Source: Selaginella moellendorffii (lineage: Eukaryota > Plantae > Lycopodiophyta). From it: a DNA stretch of 64,000 nt. Of the stretch, positions 1 to 13,818 are shown in pieces. The stretch covers positions 5,831,510-5,895,509 of the forward strand of contig NW_003314261.1 of assembly GCF_000143415.4 (NCBI RefSeq), given 5' to 3'. Positions within the stretch are counted from its first letter, which is position 1. The number at the start of each line of letters is the position of its first letter. The notes beneath the pieces were generated by a model. The model worked only from the letters and a program-made list of their open reading frames with translations. It had not been told where the DNA came from and ran no database searches. Made by a program: the position numbers and the translations under genes.

Positions 1-1545
1 CAAGGAAGAGAGAGAAAGAGAGGGAAAGAAAAAAAAAGGCTTATCTCTTCCACTGCTTTGTCCAGTTGCTGAGCCAGCTTGTGGATAGTAGTAAGAAGAT
101 GGGTCTGCCAAACAGCGCATTAGGGCACACTGTGATCAGCGCCACGTCTACGTCCCTATAGCGCCACACCACCGCGTGCAGTGCCACGGCTAATGTTACT
201 CTCCACTCTTTGCTCGATGATTTAGAGATATTCTTCCTGTCGCCCTTGCATGGGGCATTTTCTGGTACATGGATTGGAATATGCCATTCATGGAAGAGCA
301 GTCACCCGTGGACGAATTACGAGGCGCCAGGTGGACGGACCAGTGGCGATTCACGCGCAGCCATGTCGGAGCTTTTGTACAATGACGAGCGCTGCCGTCA
401 TCTCTAAGCGGGAGGTGAGCCTATCGTCTAGAATTTGCGTCTTGCTAGGCCTATCTCGCACTCTTTGCGATCGATCTTACCTCGTTGGAGGAGCTCCGCT
501 TTTTATTCATTGCTGTTCATATGAAACCACCTTCTTATTTTCCTAGTTTTTCTCTTTATCTATAGTATTTTCTTTTCTTGGCACATTAATTATTTGTGAC
601 TCTTATAATTCTCATTTCCAGTCTGGTGGTCCTTTTTATCTTAATGCTAAGCATATGCATAAAGTTGAGAATTTTATTTAATTTTTTGTCTTTGATCAAT
701 TTTAATGTTGAGTATTTCCCTATTCCAAAAGTTAAATCACTTTTAAGTTTTGGGTTGATTACATATCATTGGTTATAAGTGTGAGTTCATGCTGAAATCT
801 ATCAGGAAAGAACAAAGGTCGATCAAATAGTAATCTAAGTTAAAATTTTGATATATTACTAAAAACTTAAATTTAGTTGAATAAAATTTTAATCCTCGGG
901 ATCTAATTTTATAATAAAAACTTTATGCTGACCAAGCCACCTTTTTCGATTATTATTACATGGGTGACTGGCGCTCAAATGGAGTCATTAGACCACAGTG
1001 CAATGGATGCAAATGTAAACCTCAAAGGATTGAGAAGTCAAAGGCCCGCCACCTCCTACTATTAAAAGAAGATCAATAAAAAAGAAAGCCTTCAATGCAA
1101 AAACAAGAAAATAAATCAATCTAAGTCACAAGATCTCGTCAAGAATGCCGTGTCAATGTTGTTTTCGATTGCATGATTGTGCTGTGCAGAGCTGTCTATG
1201 AAGTGAGAGTCTCCCCGCGGTTTCTTGCTTCCAAAGCGTAAAACGAATATACCCAGCGCCAGCGGAATATGCTGGGGCTTAGCTGAATATTCGCAACCTC
1301 TTTTTCTCTTAGCAGACCCTTTGAGAGAATATGCCGGCGCGATGACAAAAATGGCGTGAAAAAGGTAATTCCTTTGTCTAATGGGACGTGGCACGTTAGT
1401 GTTTAAACGATCGCTAGGCTAAACCTCTTTTTGTAGGTGAGGGAAATTCTAGGTAGCGCGCGAGCGAGAAATCGGCGAGAGGGAGAGCGCGAGGAGAAGA
1501 TCGACTTGAGATCACGGAGAGAGTGTAGCTAGGAAGAGAGCGGCT

Positions 1546-3927
1546 ATGGCGCCAGCAGCTGCCGTGGATTCGTCGCCGCTCCAGGATTGGAGCGACGAGA
1601 TGGAAAGCAATGGAGATTTCGAGCTTGCGAGCAGCAGCGGGAATGGATCGGGGGCTCCTGGCGCGCCGGATCACGGCTGGCACAAGGTGACAAACCCTAA
1701 GAAGCAGCGGCTGCGGGAGAGGAAGCTCAAGGCCGAGGGGGGAGGAGGAGGCGAAGGGGGCGCTGGGTTAGGTCAAGATGGGAAGAACTCCTCCAAGGCG
1801 TTTGAGGCGCTGGAGAAGGAGGCGGAGGCGCGAACCGAGCGGCGCAAGTCGAGGAAGGCTGCATGGAGCGCCAGTGTCGCCGCCGCTGCCATCCCCGCCG
1901 CGAATGGCGTCCATCATCCTCACGGCAGCGACGATGAGGAGCAAGGTAGCGATGTTGAGTCTAAGAATGCCGCTGTAGGAGGCAGTGCCAATGGAGGCGA
2001 GAAGAAAAAAAAGGCAAAGAAGCCAAAGGTTTCTATTGCCGATGCTGCGGCTGCAATTGACCCAGTGGATCTGGCAGACTATCTCGCCACCTTGTCGGTA
2101 TGTTCTTCATCGTTTTTTCTTCTTTAGTTTTTCTTTTTTCGAATTCCATGCATGCTGACACTTGGTTTTCTCCTCCAGGCGTCTTACGACGATATTCAAT
2201 TGATTCGTTGCGTGGATTACTTCGTCAAGATTTTCTCGCCTGTAAATACGGTAGAGATCGCGTGGGACAAGATGTCGAGGGATCCGCTGCTCAAGAGCGT
2301 CCAGGTGAGAGTTTAAATGCTTCTCGTGATGCTTAGAGACTAATGCTGGCTGTTTTCCTTCACATTTCAAGGTTCCTATCGGGGATCTTCCTGACAAAGT
2401 GTGTAGAGCCACAGCTAACTGGCTGGGACAGAAGTCCGTGGACTCTTTGTCACAATTCGTCTCCTGGGCCCTGAACGATGTTTTGTTCGAGGCTCAGCCC
2501 CAGCAAAAGGGTGGGAAGAGTGGTCCTACGGTTTCCAACAGCACAAAGGTAGCTAGCCCATGACATTTTGTGGCGCTATTTCTTTATCTCTACACATATA
2601 TCCTGACCGGTCGCAACCAACTTGCGCGTGTCTTTGGCAGATTGCTGTGCTCGTTGTTGTGGCCATACTACTGAGAAGAAGGTCCGAAGTGCTACTGGGA
2701 ATGATGGAAACGCTTCGACAACCGAAGTTTCAAGCTCCACCGAAGCTTTACGTACTGGCCTGGATGTACGGCCAGGTTGGTGTTTGATACTGTCCTGTGC
2801 TCCGAAGGTTTTAACATTTATCGCAGGTAGCTCGTGAGGATCTGCTTGCTGGATTATATCTGTGGTCCCATAATCTTCTCCCATTGGCTGTTGGTAGCTC
2901 CAGCACTCCTGTTACTCGGGACATTGCTCTCCAGTTTTTTGAGGGGTACGATAGCTCTTGTTTATCTCATGACTGATGGTTTGCATTTATTGCAGCTTTG
3001 TGATGAAAGACCTCGCTAAGAACCGCCCCTCTCTCTTGACTGGTGCTACAAGGAAGGAGAGGTTGATTTCTCCTCACGCGCTCATTGCGTGCCTCCATAT
3101 GGCGTATCCACCCGAGTCGTCTAGAACTAAGGTACAACTACTCATTTTTGGCGGGCAAGATATTGACATTCGCGTGCAGGCAACGCAAAGGTATTTGGCG
3201 ATTTATCCCACAGTGAAAGAAATTTCTCTTGGAGGCTCTACTCGCACTCGAGCACTAAAGACTGTGGCTCAGCAGCTTCTTCCGATGTCCCTTACCGTGG
3301 CCGAAGAAGGTAAACTATCTGCATTATCTGAGGGCCTCCCTCATCTAAGCTTGTCCTGGCAGATGATCCCGAGTTGTCCCTTGAAGGCTGCGATCTATTC
3401 AGGTGGTGTTTGTTTCAGTCACCCGACAGCTACAAGCAATGGGTGAGTCCTGCTTAAGGTTTCTTTGTGACAGACCTTGAACTCTTGTGTCTATCGAACT
3501 TGTACTATTGCAGGAGAAGCTCTATCCGGAAAGGTTGAAAGGCAGCGTGCGTGTCCTAAAGTTCCTTAGGGGCACTTGGAGGGAATCCCAGTCCATGCTC
3601 TCGCCACTCAAAGAGTTACAGAGCACGGTGACATCACTAAAGCTCCAGGTGAGAGCTGGAAATGCCCTTTCCTTTGAGATGTTCGCTAACTCTTGTTTGT
3701 ATGTGCAGAGTCTCAAGATGAAACAAGATCCCAAGCTGGAAGCCGAGTCGATCAAGGCTTTGGATCACTGCAAGTTTCTCCAGAAGAAGATGAGCTTGTG
3801 GAATGCGTGCTTGAGCGCGAGCGTCGCTCTGGCGTGCACGGCGGCTGCTGGCTACGCGTTCTATCTCCTGAGCCCCGACAAGAACCCATGGAACTGGGAC
3901 GGTAAGATTCTTCTCAGCAATCTATAG
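1546..3927 (+). CDS. TMEM214-like (DUF2359) membrane protein, multi-exon
   Basis: N-terminal HGWHKVTNPKKQR, then KKPKVSIADAAAAIDPVDLADYL; after intron 2098-2178 reads ASYDDIQLIRCVDYF; later AWMYGQ...DLLAGLYLWSHNLLP and GATRKERLISP...ATQRYLAIYPTVKEISL; C-terminal hydrophobic anchor, stop at 3927. These match plant TMEM214-like proteins as recalled. Short GT-AG introns join ORFs 1546, 2560, 2976 and 3487. Confidence 0.8.
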
Positions 3928-4190
3928 TTTCTCTCTTCTATCTCGATCGCAAGCTACCATTGACGACAGCAACACCAAAAGCCAAAAAAAAGGTTCTATG
4001 CTCGACGTGATTCAAAGACAAGTTCTTAGATCTTAGAGACGGTGAAGAAAAAAAAAATTGATCTTTTGGAGTAGAATAGGCGCTTCTCTCTTTTTTTCCT
4101 CACCGTTTGTTTCTTCGTAATAATAAGGAATGGAAGTCTTTGCCTTCTGAGAGGGAAAATTTCGAAATTTTAGGGCTCTTTGTGCTGGTT

Positions 4191-6655
4191 ATGGAGAAGC
4201 CGGGGCATCTCAAGGCGGTGGACGTGGTTTGATCGTCGAGGGCTTGATTCTCGTCTCATTCTTGCTCGATTTGATGCCAGGTGCTGCTTACAGCTCATGA
4301 GGCGGAGCACATTGTGGAGAATCTCAAGTGTTTCTCGGTGAAAGAGGCATGGATTGTCTTGCATTTCGTTTTTCTGTGAAGTTTTGCTGTCAGGTGGGAT
4401 GTCCTGCGTGGATGAAGCAACACCGGAAGCTAGAAAAGCTTAATCTCCAGGTTTGTCTAGATCGCGATCGTTCTGACGCGTGATTCTTTTTGTTTCTTTT
4501 GATCAGGCCCATTATAACACTATAGCTCACTGTGACGAGTTCATTATGGAGGTGAGATCTCGATTCTTGTGTAGATAAACACTTGTTTGATCGTCTTTTC
4601 TTCTTTCTTTGTGCTACAGGCTTTGCTTTCGTTTGAAAAGCTAGGAGTTTTGATTCATGAGCTTCTTGTTATCGAGGTAATACAAATATCTATCTATCTA
4701 TGGAGCTCACTCGATCGTTGTGACAAGCGTAGATCTGGAAAGAGAAGGTCTTGCCTCATATAATGAAGCACTTGGCTGGAATGTCATCTACAATAAGGCT
4801 GAGCCTGATTTTCTATCAGGAAGTAACAGTTATAAAGTTGTTTGAGGTGCGATAGACGAAATTTGGAAGCCCGTAGTGTTAACAAGAGTTAGTTTCCCTC
4901 GCAGATCATGCTCTTTCACAAGGAAGCGTGTAAAGCACTGGGTAGCAGCAACCTTCTTGAGGTATGGTTTCCACTTCTTCTTTTTTGTTGTTATAACTTT
5001 TTGTTTCTCGCAGCTTGTTGATTATTGCTATCGAAAACTGGTGTATCTCAACACAAATGCTTCAAAAGACGCCGCTTATAAAGGTTTTGCTTAGATCCTT
5101 CAAAAAATGCTGAGTCTTAAGAATGGATATTTACCTTTGGATCTTTGGATCAATAGAAAGAACTGCCCAGCAAGTCATGTCTCTAAAGCCAGAACTTGAG
5201 ATGGAAGAAAAGGTTAGTGTCGATTTTACGCAATTCGCTGCCATAGTTGAATTGACTTAGAGAGCTTCGGTGACTTCCAGGCTGGCGAGATAGAGTTTGG
5301 CTGTGCCATCGCGTCCTTGACAATTTTGCGGTACATGCTGTCTGCTGTTGCTGATAACATAAAACGTGAACGTTTCTAATCAAAGGCATGAGCTGATTCA
5401 CTCTCTGACTTTTGATCATTTCTTTTTCTTGTTTTTGTTTATCTAGGTACTTCAGCGATTATGTCAATGATCTTCCTCCAGGAGTGATGGTTAGATCGAC
5501 AATCAGGTGTTATTATATCATTCTGAGCTATGAATGCACAGGCCCGGCTGATTGACACGCATGATGTGATTATGGGGCTTGTCAACCTTGTGGAGTCCCC
5601 CCCATGGGAAAGACGAAGAAATCTTAAAGCCAAAGTCGTGGTACGTTTTACAAAGTATCAGCTCAGAACATTTTTCTTCTTTTGAATTTGGAATACTAGA
5701 CAGAAAAGTATGAGGAAGGAAAATGGGTTGAGGTTCCTCCACAAGATCGGTTCAGGATTTTCAAGTCTGAAGCACAAGTAATTCTTAATTCCTCTCGAAT
5801 TGTCAAGGCGATTGAGTGTCGATCTCTGCAGGTCTGGCTGGCATTGAATAATCTTGTTGCAGACATTCAGTGCCGTGCTAGATACACCTACGATGATTTC
5901 CGCCAGGCTCAAGTCTTGAAGGTAGAAGGTTCTCTTCCTTGTCTTCTGTCCTGCCTGACACTGGGATCCACTCCAGCTGCGAAAGTATCTGAATGAAATG
6001 GTGCTGGAGCAGCTGCCGGTTTTGAAGGATTTACAATGGGTAACACTGTAGCTGAAATCACCGATTCAGCATTTGTGTTTATACAGGCTTTAGAAGAAAT
6101 TTCTCTCAAAGTGTTTGCGACGGAGGAGGACCGAAGAACTGCACACTTGATCATGGAGGAGGTACGAATACCAGAGATCTCGATGTTACAAAGGCGTTGA
6201 CATTGACGACATTACTTCAGATACCGGAAATGAGAACAGCGCTGCTTGCCAGACGAGACTGGAGTAAGCTTAGTTTTCGAAAAAAGAAGTTGGCAAATGC
6301 TCGTGTCCTCTTGTTTTCTCAGGACAACTTGCTGAAGATCAGATAGAGATGATACGATCCGACCCACGATTGAGTGGCGATTCCCCGGCAGAGCTGGACG
6401 AACTAATGCGGATGTTCCAGTTTGGCGAGTCCATGGATACGCCCAAGTGCGCAGCTTGCGGCGCTCCAGCGGAGAAACGATGCTCACGCTGTAAAAATGA
6501 TTGGTGAGCTTGCAAAATTCGATCGATTCCAAGAGAAATTTGTAAAACGTTTTTGCTCTTCCAGGTATTGTGGTCGGAGCTGCCAAGTCGCAAACTGGAA
6601 GATCCACAAGAAGATATGTGACTTGGTCTCAAGCGCTAACACGAAGAGCTCCTAG
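4191..6655 (+). CDS. ZMYND10: Zinc finger MYND domain protein 10 (BLU), axonemal dynein assembly factor, multi-exon
   Basis: Spliced reading gives LLTAHEAEHIVENLKCFSVKE-VGCPAWMKQHRKLEKLNLQ, IWKEKVLP, LVDYCYRKL, RYFSDYV, LVESPPW and the C-terminal MYND finger [37 protein letters not shown]. All are colinear with human ZMYND10 motifs (EAEVLV, QQHENLEKLNMQA, LVDYCHRKL). Start ATG 4191 is inferred. Confidence 0.85.
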
Positions 6656-6699
6656 CCTAGCGACGCTTTAGCGCCAACGTTTGAATTTAAACGTGGAGC

Positions 6700-6716
6700 T
6701 GACGGGGCTGCTGACG
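6700..6716 (+). promoter_or_regulatory. as-1-like element (TGACG-N7-TGACG)
   Basis: tgacg gggctgc tgacg, 38 nt upstream of the pTAC3 ATG, with the canonical 7-nt spacing. Confidence 0.4.
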
Positions 6717-6753
6717 TGGATCCTACGCGGGTGCTGTCCCCAAAACCCTGGCT

Positions 6754-9700
6754 ATGGCCGCGCTAGCGAGCTCGTGCTGCTGCGCGTTTAGGTTCCGCCG
6801 GGAGAAATGCCGCGCGGTTCTCGGGTGTGGCGAGCGGCGCCTGGCGCCTGGCAATGCCGCTGGATTGATCGTATTGATGGGATGCGTTCCTTGCGAAATA
6901 GGCGCCTCGCGGCTTGTTCTTGTGAAAGCGTCGGCGGCAGGGGCATCCAGTGATGAGCCACTACCCGCTGGTAAGTAGTTTCGATTCGACTGCGCAACGA
7001 TCTTACTAGTCATAGTTCTTGGATTTAAGATCCAGCAGCTAAACGCTCGCGCTCGACGAAGAAATCCAATGTGGAAGGGGGAACCCAGGCTCCAAAGAAG
7101 GCTTCTGCGAGGAAGAAGAAAACCACCGATTCTTCGGAAGAACAGGCTGAGTCGCTAGGGGGTGGTGGAACTTCTACCATCCAGCGAGACAACGAGTTTG
7201 CTGCGACCAGGAGCTTGTACAGGAAGGTGATGAATGCCGAGGAGAAAGAGCTCCGTTTCTACTTCCTCGAGTCGCTCATGGAGAACGCGAGGAGTGGCAA
7301 CATTGATGGTGTGGAGGAGGTCATGTCCGAGATGGACGTTGTTGGATTGAAACCGGGGCCTCGATCCTTCCATGGCCTCGTTGCTGCTTACGCTCAAGCG
7401 AATGACGTTGAAGGAGCGGTAAGTTTCTCTCCTTTTTCTTCCTCTCCGCTAGAGATTACGAGATGGCTACTTATCTTTTCTCTTTTCTTTCAGTGCAGCT
7501 TCAGGCTTTGAGGAAGGAAATCGCGTCGGGAGAGACGCCTTTGCAAGAGACTTTCGTTGCCGTCGCGAGGCTGCTTGGACGTGCTGGCCTTCGTGATCGA
7601 GCGGAGAAAATTCTCGGAGCTATTGAAGGTGCAAACCTGGATACTCGTACTGCTTGGGTGGTGACTTGTGGTACGTTTTTTATTCTTCTTTATCTTTTCC
7701 GTTGTTGAATGGTTCTGGATTCTGCGCAGAGGAGCTTTTCAATGCTGGATACTTGAACGAAGCAAATGACCTTTTTATGAAAGGTGCAAATGGTGGTTTC
7801 AGAGCCAGTGAGCATTTGTACGACATATTGGTCGAGGAAAACTGCAAAACCGGCAAGCATGGTGTTGCCATAAATATTTTGAGGTCGATGGAATCAAGAG
7901 GAAGGCTGGCCACTACCTTCCATTACAATTGTTTGCTTCTTGCTCAGGTAAAAGTTTTTAAAATCTTGGTTTCTATTTACACTTTTGACAGGGAAATGCC
8001 AATTTTCCAGACATTGCAGAAGACACTTTTGAAGAGATGCAGTACCTAAGACGTGAGTCCATACGTTTTACGTGCTCAATGACTCACAAAGTGCCTTGTG
8101 CTTGCAGCGGACACGAAACCCGATACCGAGTCATTTAACCTTATGATACAAGCTCAAACACGTTGTGACAACGGAGAAAGGTGTGTTTGGTCACGCGTAT
8201 AGAGATGCTAACGTCCTTCCATTCACAGGGTTCATGAAGTCATAGTGCTGATAGGACACATGACGGAGCTGTATCCTCAAGTGAAGCCAAATGCTCGAAC
8301 ATATGCGTAAGTGAGTCTAATCATTATAAACATTTCCTGTTTCCTACGTTCGATATGCAGACTGATCGTTGAATGCTACGTGAAATTTAACTTCATGGAC
8401 GAGGCAATGCGTCATTTTCGGGCTCTCACAAAATTATTCCCAGGTTCTCTACACGTTCTCCATTGTGATGGGAAGCACGGTGATCCTCTCTCGCTGCTGA
8501 TACGCTCGCTTTGCTTGGAAGGTAACTTGGAAAAAAAATGGATTCTGTGTTCATTGCTATTGCTTAAGCAGGTAGAATTGTACAGCTTGTCGAAGTTTTG
8601 GATTTGATGCTACAAGAAGGCCTGAAATTAACTCCAAGAGCTATGTTTATGAATCGAAAGGGACGCACGTTGGTAAGCTCGTGGATTGAGCCCATGCAGG
8701 AGGAAGCAGACATAGGATGCGAAATTGATTTTGTTGCACGGTCAGTTTTCTTTCTTACAGTTTATTTCATGCTCTTGATACGAAGCTTGTAATTTGCAGT
8801 TACATAGCAGAAGGTGGTCTAACTGGCACACGGAGAAGATGGACGCCCGCTGCTCGTAAGGATCCAAACAGGATTCTACCCGATTATGATGGCTACAGAT
8901 TTTCACCTCCAGTGGAGAAGTCTTACAAACAGTACTGCAGCATAAAGCGACAAGAATATAAGCGAAAGCTGATCCATTTGTTGCAATTTGAAGGCGTCTA
9001 TGCCTTGGGGGAAAATGCCAGGGAAGAAGAGTACACTGCAATACTAGAGAGGCTGAAAAAAGAGAACGTCCGGAAGAGACTTAGTGACGTTCGCAAGCCC
9101 AAGGCAGCAAGTAAGCTTTCTGTTGCTGAAATGAAGGAAGAACTTGAAGCTCAGGGACTTCCAACGGACGGGAACAGAAGGCTCCTGTATCAAAGGGTTC
9201 AAAAGGCGCGCAGGATAAATCTGGCCAAAGGAGCGCCTTTGTGGATGCCACCGGAAGAAGAAACTATCGAAGAGGTCTGTCTTCTCAAGCAATTTTTTAA
9301 AATTCTTTTTCTAAGGCTTCCATCGTTGTATTGCAGGTAGATGAAGAGTTTGAAACAGTCTTGGCTAAAATAGATCTGAGAAACCCGAGACAACAATATC
9401 GACGAAAATGCTTTATTGAAGGAGTGGGACTTGAAAACTTGTACAAAGAAAATCCACGAATGGTGATCGAGGAGTCGGACAGCGAGATGGAGGAGGACGC
9501 TGAAGCAGAGTCACGAGAGGTAGAAGGACATGTAGTCAGGGAAGACGAAGAAGAGATTATTCAACCCGTTGACGGTGGTGAGGTTGATGAAACAACAGAA
9601 GCATCGAAAGCAACAGACGACGAAGACGAAGAAGAGGAGGAAGTCGTGGTAAGTGCTCCAAGATTCCTTCTACATTTGTGAGGATCACATTTTCGCTTTT

Positions 9701-10337
9701 GTAGGAGGTGAGCCCTGCTGTAGTTGGCAATGAACCAGCGTCGGACAACATCGAGGGAGCCTACAAGCCATTGACGCTGGAAGAGAAGCGTGCGGAGCTT
9801 GCTGCAATGAAGTTCGACTTTAGAGAAATGGACGAGATTGAGGAGATATGGGGATGGACCTGGGAGAGAGATCTACAAGCTCAACCTCCGGAGATATGGA
9901 CGCGCAAGCGCGAAGTTGAGCTGAGCATTCAGCTGCTGGACAAGGCAAGTTTCGTCCTTACGATTTTTCGAGCTTTGGAGGTGCTAAATACTTTGTCTCC
10001 TCAGGTTCTCGAGCTGGGAGGAAGTCCTACGTTAAGCGACTGCGCCATGCTTGTCCGGAACGCGATGAAACTCCCATGGCCGGAATCAGTCGTCACGCTG
10101 ATCAGAAAGTCTCACAAATGTGGACACAAATTTGGAAGGCAAGTGCTTAGCTTCTAAAGTTTTTGTTCTTCTCAAAGTTTTTGCTCTCTCTCTCGCAGCA
10201 AGCTCTACGAGGACGCGGTTATGTCGTGCTTGTCCGTCCAAGAGAACGATGCCGCCATCGCCATTCTCACAGACATGGAAGAGTCGGGAGTTAGCACTCC
10301 AAACGAGCTGCTAGGCCGGGTCCTTCCAGATAACTAA
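6754..10337 (+). CDS. PTAC3: Plastid transcriptionally active 3 (pTAC3/PAP1), PPR-like + SAP domain, multi-exon
   Basis: Transit-peptide-like N-terminus; GLKPGPRSFHGLVAAY, GRLATTFHYNCLL, GDPLSL, GRTLVSSWIEPMQEEA..EIDFVARYIAEGGLTG; SAP domain AASKLSVAEMKEELEAQGLPTDGNRRLLYQRVQKARRIN; WGWTWERDL and VLELGGSPTLSDCAM; stop TAA 10335-10337. Confidence 0.92.
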
Positions 10338-10356
10338 TCTAAAATCTCCCATTAGA

Positions 10357-10378
10357 CACGTGGCATAAGCTAGGGTTT
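10357..10378 (+). promoter_or_regulatory. G-box (CACGTG) plus telo-box (TAGGGTTT) in the 53-bp pTAC3/MYST spacer
   Basis: gaCACGTGgc at 10357 and TAGGGTTT at 10371, just upstream of ATG 10391. Confidence 0.4.
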
Positions 10379-10390
10379 TGGGGCTTGGCA

Positions 10391-12469
<2,079 letters not shown>

Positions 12470-12475
12470 CGTAGT

Positions 12476-13045
12476 TTAGAGGGACCGAAGGAGGACTGTA
12501 AGAGACATGAATAGGACTACGGATGATGCAGCTGTGACAGTTGAGAGCAGGGACAAGATTATAAGAACTTTGCTCGGCCTCATATTCAGCAGCTGTTCGT
12601 GTAGGAGTCCCAGAAGTAGCGATATCTCTAGTTGGATAGCAGGATAGCAGTTCTTCTCCCAAGGCATCCACTCCGACTTTGAAGCTTCGTCAGAATTAGC
12701 ACCATCTTCTCGCAGCTGGACCTGGCGAATCCTTTCTCTCAGCAGCAGCATGTCACTAGCAAAGTTTGTGCTACTGAACCCGTCTACGGCTGAGTACTCA
12801 CCGCGACTTTCCGACACCTTTACCTCACGGATTCGTTCACTCAGCAGCCGCATCTCCCTTTTCAAACCATCTGCACTGAAGCGACTATCGGAAGAAGAAA
12901 ACGAAGACGAACTAAAGTCTAGAGACATCTGGACTCTGGCACGCCTAGTGCGATGGAGAACGGGCCTAGAACGGCACAGGTTTTTCCTCAGCGTCCTAGA
13001 ATTCACAAGGAGCAGAGCTGATGAAGAGCTACTGAGAAGATCCAT
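12476..13045 (-). CDS. Small plant-specific protein (At2g01300/At1g15010-like) with a likely transit peptide and C-terminal hydrophobic segment
   Basis: Single 189-aa ORF with family motifs DMLLLRERI, SEWMPWEKNCY and LGLLHEQLLNMRPS; Ser/Arg-rich N-terminus. Confidence 0.75.
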   Translation of the reverse strand: MDLLSSSSSALLLVNSRTLRKNLCRSRPVLHRTRRARVQMSLDFSSSSFSSSDSRFSADGLKREMRLLSERIREVKVSESRGEYSAVDGFSSTNFASDMLLLRERIRQVQLREDGANSDEASKSEWMPWEKNCYPAIQLEISLLLGLLHEQLLNMRPSKVLIILSLLSTVTAASSVVLFMSLTVLLRSL

Positions 13046-13818
13046 GGCCGAAGATTCAGAGTGCGATGTTGGAAAAGCCTAGCAGCTTAAATGAGAGACC
13101 ATTCAAGCTCCAGGACAAGAACAGGAAGGCTGCGGAGAAGGTTCGTTGTCCGCGGCAATTTACAACTGTTTCTTAGCGTTGTCTGGACATTTCTGCCGTT
13201 CCGTATCCAGATAGCTTCGAAGTAGTCATCAAGAACAGGAAGCCTGCTAGCAAACAAAGCTGGGTAGAGCTAGCTACCTCTCGGACGGCTCTTCAGAAGA
13301 ATGTGGGTCAGTCAGCGTGCTGTCGTCTTCTCGGGTAAGTGCGAGTTTTATGCTTCACGTTTTAGTTTCTTTTCAATTTTTTACGACTTCTGGAGTGCAG
13401 ATCTCTTGCTTTATTCTCGAAAGATTGGCCAACAAGAAGGAAACTGTTTGTCTTCTGACGAGGTAGCTATCTAGCTTCTTTTTTTTTCAATTCGATCGTG
13501 TTATCGTGACGGAACTTCTTCTCTTTGACAGGACTTCTATCTTTGGCAACTACTGTGCAAGAATCAATTTCTGTTGTATTTACAGGAGGGAGTGAGTATA
13601 TGGTCTCTGGAGCTACCATACGGAGTCATGCTGAGACACTTGTTGGTGCGGGTTCATGAACGGGACAGGAGCAGAATAGTGTGGGTGAGATACCACCAGC
13701 CGTATTATCGGGTCGATCACCTCGTCATTGTCACTGCTCCATGTCGGTGAATTGCCTGCTTTGACAAACTATATCGGTAAGCCTCTTCATTTCATCCGCT
13801 AACTCAAAGCTTACTCAC

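Noticed and set aside
210-1394. Short ORFs upstream of the TMEM214-like gene
   Set aside because: No recognisable motifs, overlapping frames, and AT-rich intergenic context.
12750-13082. 110-aa plus-strand ORF
   Set aside because: Antisense shadow of the 12476-13045 gene, which carries the family motifs.
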